DNA from: an uncultured Candidatus Saccharibacteria bacterium
Lineage (GTDB): Bacteria; Patescibacteriota; Andersenbacteria; UBA10190; CAIZMI01
Direction: 5' to 3'
Length of the DNA stretch: 45,657 bases
NCBI GenBank assembly: GCA_964630025.1
Contig: CAZVRG010000004.1
Span: 1-45,657, forward strand
Both the position numbers and the translations under genes were made by a program. The notes below the pieces were generated by a model. The model did no database searches and was not told the DNA's origin. It was given only the letters and a program-made list of their open reading frames with translations. Within the stretch, counting starts at the first letter, position 1; each line of letters starts with the position of its first letter. Below are positions 44,292-45,657 of the stretch, piece after piece.

Positions 44292-45416
44292 ATGCGCCTT
44301 CCGCAGGTTTTCCGTCGTATTGATTGGGCACTCGTCGCGAGTGCGTTTCTTCTCGCGCTGCTTGGCGTGGTGCTGTTAAGCACTGCCGGCGAAGAGACGG
44401 GTGCGCGCTCGCTTGCGCTTCGACAGGGAGTATTTGCGCTCGTTGGTATGGGCCTCATGTTTTTGTTTGGCCGCTTGCATTACAGCGTTTTTCGCAGTCT
44501 TGCGGTGCCGCTGTATGTGCTCGTGCTTCTTCTCGTCGTATTCACACTCGTACAAGAACATCGCATTCGCGGGGTGGCCGCCTGGATCGTCATCGGCGGG
44601 ATGCAATTCCAGCCTGCGGAACTCTTGAAGGTGGCGCTTGTACTCATGCTTGCGCGCGTAAGCGCTGTCAGTTCCTCCCCGCTGTCATTCCGTCGTTTGC
44701 TCACTATTGCTGCGCTCGTTGGCGTTCCGCTGGTGTTGGTGTTACGGCAGCCGGACTTCGGTATGGCAAGCCTTGTGTTCTTCATTGCGGTGGGCATGAC
44801 GCTCGTGATGGGGCTTTCCCGTCGGCAACTGCTTGCTCTTGGTGTGCTTGCGGTGATTGCTGCCATCGCGGGATGGCAGGTCTTTCTTGCGGACTACCAG
44901 AAAGAACGCATTCTCGTATTTTTGAATCCGCAGCGTGATCCGCTCGGATCAGGCTATACCGCGATTCAGGCGCGCACCGCGTTCGGCAGCGGTGGAATGT
45001 TTGGACGGGGTCTTGGATGGGGGCCGCAAAGCCGGTTGAATTTCCTTCCGGAAGCACACAACGACTTTGTCTTTGCGCGCATCGGAGAAGAATTGGGGCT
45101 TATCGGCGTTGGCATTGTGCTGCTGTTATTCGCAGTGCTCTTTCACCGCATGGTGCGTGCCGCGCAACGAACATCCGACGCCTTCGGACGCGCGGTGGCT
45201 GTGGGAAGTCTTCTCGCCATTCTTGTGGGGCTCGGGGTAAACGCAGGCATGAATATTGGGCTTCTTCCTGTCACGGGCGTGCCGCTCCCGTTTATTTCAT
45301 ATGGGGGGAGTAACCTGCTTGCGTCATCGCTGCTTCTCGGCTTGGTGTTGAGCGTCGTTGCGCACGGGGAAAAGTGGGAACGCGCTGCCGAGGAGAGTGT
45401 CCTAATTGAGGCATAA
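44292..45416 (+). CDS. SEDS family peptidoglycan glycosyltransferase (RodA/FtsW)
   Basis: ~10 TM segments with QFQPAELLKVALVLMLA, LRQPDFGMA, LPEAHNDFVFARIGEELG and GVPLPFISYGGSN. The start was set to ATG 44292, 14 nt after GGTATACT. Confidence 0.85.
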   Translation: MRLPQVFRRIDWALVASAFLLALLGVVLLSTAGEETGARSLALRQGVFALVGMGLMFLFGRLHYSVFRSLAVPLYVLVLLLVVFTLVQEHRIRGVAAWIVIGGMQFQPAELLKVALVLMLARVSAVSSSPLSFRRLLTIAALVGVPLVLVLRQPDFGMASLVFFIAVGMTLVMGLSRRQLLALGVLAVIAAIAGWQVFLADYQKERILVFLNPQRDPLGSGYTAIQARTAFGSGGMFGRGLGWGPQSRLNFLPEAHNDFVFARIGEELGLIGVGIVLLLFAVLFHRMVRAAQRTSDAFGRAVAVGSLLAILVGLGVNAGMNIGLLPVTGVPLPFISYGGSNLLASSLLLGLVLSVVAHGEKWERAAEESVLIEA

Positions 45417-45432
45417 GAGAAACGGCCCCACA

Positions 45433-45587
45433 GGCACACGCAGGATATGGCTCGGAGTATGTGCTCGGCGGACGTTCCCGGCTCGATGCGCGACGCATCT
45501 CACCTCACTCTGTTCGCCCTGCTGCACGGGGTCTCTCACGCCGCCTCGCACATACCCGCTCGCCCCTGCGTGTGCGCGTCGTTTTTA
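45433..45587 (+). terminator. Long composite hairpin plus T-run after the SEDS gene (possible divergent relative of E1-E3)
   Basis: Outer stem GGCACACGCAGG/CCTGCGTGTGC enclosing ~120 nt rich in CTCGC/CTCAC words, followed by GCGTCGTTTTT. Confidence 0.5.
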
Positions 45588-45657
45588 CATGCATCGACCA
45601 ATATGTCCGTGATGAGAAAGATCAGTGACACCCACTAAGGTGCAGGTGTCACCCATC

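Overview
High-GC bacterial chromosomal window that is gene-dense and mostly housekeeping. The gene content suggests a reduced, CPR/Patescibacteria-like genome; this lineage call is inference, since no database search was possible. In order, the window holds: a type IV pilus locus (pilB fragment, CheY-like receiver, pilT, pilC, pilin, pilD, four minor-pilin-like genes); ligA; gatC-gatA; two large paralogous proline-rich membrane proteins; gpmI; three tRNAs (initiator Met, CAT elongator-type, Asp); a cell-envelope-like group (polytopic glycosyltransferase, DUF362, Cys-rich protein, M23 peptidase); thyX; a mitochondrial-type single-chain PheRS; gyrB; secE-nusG-(inserted ORF)-rplK-rplA; gatB; miaA; an N-terminally truncated thrS; a 2H-phosphoesterase/Nudix/IMPase trio; dnaE; and a SEDS (RodA/FtsW) gene. 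No rRNA, CRISPR array, transposase or integrase was seen. The most unusual content is non-genic and comes in four repeat families. (1) Nine hairpin elements whose arms are tandem heptamers, several lying in frame inside coding sequence (miaA, minor-pilin leaders). (2) A ~175-nt element present three times directly after stop codons, with three stems that covary between copies. (3) A CCCCGTTAGAAAC/GTTTCTAACGGGG inverted repeat fused to -10 boxes of apparently leaderless genes. (4) GTCATCCTGAGG-type palindromes. Protein-level oddities include a Trp-rich segment followed by a (PGPX)n repeat, a monomeric PheRS and a ThrRS without an editing domain. All functional calls rest on motif recognition by eye, and coordinates of RNA and repeat features are approximate to a few nt.
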